This document shows, piece by piece, positions 44,753 to 46,166 of a stretch of DNA of 46,166 nt. Source of the DNA: a phage; assembly GCA_017760785.1 (NCBI GenBank), contig GCA_017760785.1_4320.1; one strand, written 5' to 3'. The position numbers and the translations under genes are program-made. Under the pieces are notes generated by a model. The model made no database searches. It saw only the letters and a list, made by a program, of their open reading frames with translations, and had not been told where the DNA came from. Position 1 is the first letter of the stretch. Each line of letters starts with the position of its first letter.

Positions 44753-45675
44753 TAGTTTAGCAAGTCTTTGGCTTTGTACACTTTCTTGCGTATTCCTGTT
44801 TTAAATGACTTCCCGTCATTAGGTATCACCACATCAACATTGCGATCATCAGCGGCAATAAGTATATCAGTATCACAATAACGGCAAGCAACCCTAAACT
44901 TCCTAGACTTGTCTCTGTGCATAACCATTTCCATATTGTAACAGGAGAAAGCCACAAACACCTCGCGACCGCCAGTAGCCAGATGAATACGTACGCCATC
45001 AATAAAATTATCAACAACATAAGTGTAACCATCAACCTGCCTAGAGCCAATGACAGCAACAGAATCACGAGTGTAATCACCAGCAAGGAACTTAACATTT
45101 GAATCTCCATCAATAAACATTAAGTTGCAGAAATCATCACCAAGCCCATCCTCGTAAACCATCGAGCACGGTACGGCATGAATCATTGAGCCATCCTTAG
45201 CTATGCCAACATCGAATCCATCATCAAGATAAATACCCTCGTATGTTGTGAGTGGGCTTGATTCAACTCTCTCGGTACGCTGCATGACCTCAAGCACTTT
45301 TTCATGATCTACCTGGGCGCCCATTTTGTAACGCTGAGTTCTTGATGCCTGCTTGTTTGCCTTAACTATAACCTCAATTGGTGTTAAGTTCAGCCAGTCA
45401 CCAAGCAAATTTACTGAATCGGCGAAGGACAATCCAGTGCACTTCATGACCCATCCTATACCGGAGTCACTTCCGCATTTCGAACAAACTGCCGCGCCAT
45501 TTCCTTTTTCACTGCCTATTTCGTCGGTAAACCTGAATCTGTCAGTGCCAAAGCAGTATGGGCATGGTCCGTGCTTCTTACTTAGGTGTCTATCATTCCA
45601 ACCAAGTTCCTTTGCATAAAATGATTTCCACAATCCGGCCATCTTAGGTATAACTTCATTCTTATCGTAATTCAT
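44752..45675 (-). CDS. DNA primase-like protein with zinc-binding motif
   Basis: CPYC...CSKC zinc-ribbon-like motif followed by acidic core; 307 aa. Confidence 0.55.
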   Translation of the reverse strand: MNYDKNEVIPKMAGLWKSFYAKELGWNDRHLSKKHGPCPYCFGTDRFRFTDEIGSEKGNGAAVCSKCGSDSGIGWVMKCTGLSFADSVNLLGDWLNLTPIEVIVKANKQASRTQRYKMGAQVDHEKVLEVMQRTERVESSPLTTYEGIYLDDGFDVGIAKDGSMIHAVPCSMVYEDGLGDDFCNLMFIDGDSNVKFLAGDYTRDSVAVIGSRQVDGYTYVVDNFIDGVRIHLATGGREVFVAFSCYNMEMVMHRDKSRKFRVACRYCDTDILIAADDRNVDVVIPNDGKSFKTGIRKKVYKAKDLLN

Positions 45676-46151
45676 TTGCTTAACCCGTGATTTTCGTGAA
45701 AGTTGTATTTTCTCTCTGCTTCAATTCTTACTTTATACGCCTGCTCTGGAGTATCGAAGTTCCCAAGGTGTAGCTGCTTACCGTCAACCTTGATGTGAGC
45801 CTTAAATTTTCCGTGATTTAGCTTTGTCACTCCACAATAACCAGTTGTTGATAAAACGCTAAGCTTGCAATTTCTTGAGTTACCTTGATTTGTTGTTACT
45901 CTTAGGTTTTCTATTCTGTTATCTAATTTGTTATGGTTTATATGATCAATGTAGTCGCCATTTTGAAGTTCTCCATTAAACATCTCCCACACAACTCTAT
46001 GTACATAAGTCCTAAAGCCATTAACAGACACTTTGTAATAGCCAGATGTAGATAGTGAGTTGCACTCATCGCCAACCTTAACACGTCTTGCAGTGCTAAT
46101 CTTCCAATGCAATTTGCCATCTACATAGTAAAAATAATCATGCCAGTTCAT
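45672..46151 (-). CDS. HNH homing endonuclease with AP2-like domain
   Basis: third paralogue (YWKI, HINH, GYCGV motifs); overlaps primase start. Confidence 0.7.
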   Translation of the reverse strand: MNWHDYFYYVDGKLHWKISTARRVKVGDECNSLSTSGYYKVSVNGFRTYVHRVVWEMFNGELQNGDYIDHINHNKLDNRIENLRVTTNQGNSRNCKLSVLSTTGYCGVTKLNHGKFKAHIKVDGKQLHLGNFDTPEQAYKVRIEAERKYNFHENHGLSK

Positions 46152-46166
46152 TTTCTTCTCTCCAAT

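Noticed and set aside
1-46166. Integrase, excisionase or CI-like repressor module, or terminal repeats
   Set aside because: No ORF with tyrosine or serine recombinase features was seen, and the window ends inside genes, so genome ends cannot be defined; consistent with a virulent phage.

Overview
The window reads as a near-complete genome of a virulent T1-like siphophage; no integrase or repressor module was found. Gene content supporting this: an SF2 helicase with a VRR-NUC nuclease, a lysis cassette (pinholin-like holin, SAR endolysin, unimolecular spanin), terminase, portal, scaffold and capsid, lambda-like tail genes (G/G-T, tape measure, M, L, K, I, J), a Cor-like lipoprotein, a PD-(D/E)xK exonuclease, Dam methylase, Erf, SSB, a tail fibre and a primase, plus three HNH endonucleases and one tRNA-Arg(TCT). 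All calls are from reading the sequence and ORF track; no database search was run, so family names are motif-based inferences. The most interesting signal is regulatory: a dyad-symmetric element (TAGCA-N5-TGCTA) recurs about 19 times, intergenic only, at a fixed distance upstream of -10 hexamers of early/accessory genes. Other candidates are two diverged copies of a ~300-bp AT-rich control element at the two divergent junctions, a P-loop ATPase with an internally deleted paralogue interrupted by an in-frame TAG, and a minus-strand cassette (C5-methyltransferase-like, Cor-like, 318-aa protein) opposite the tail genes.
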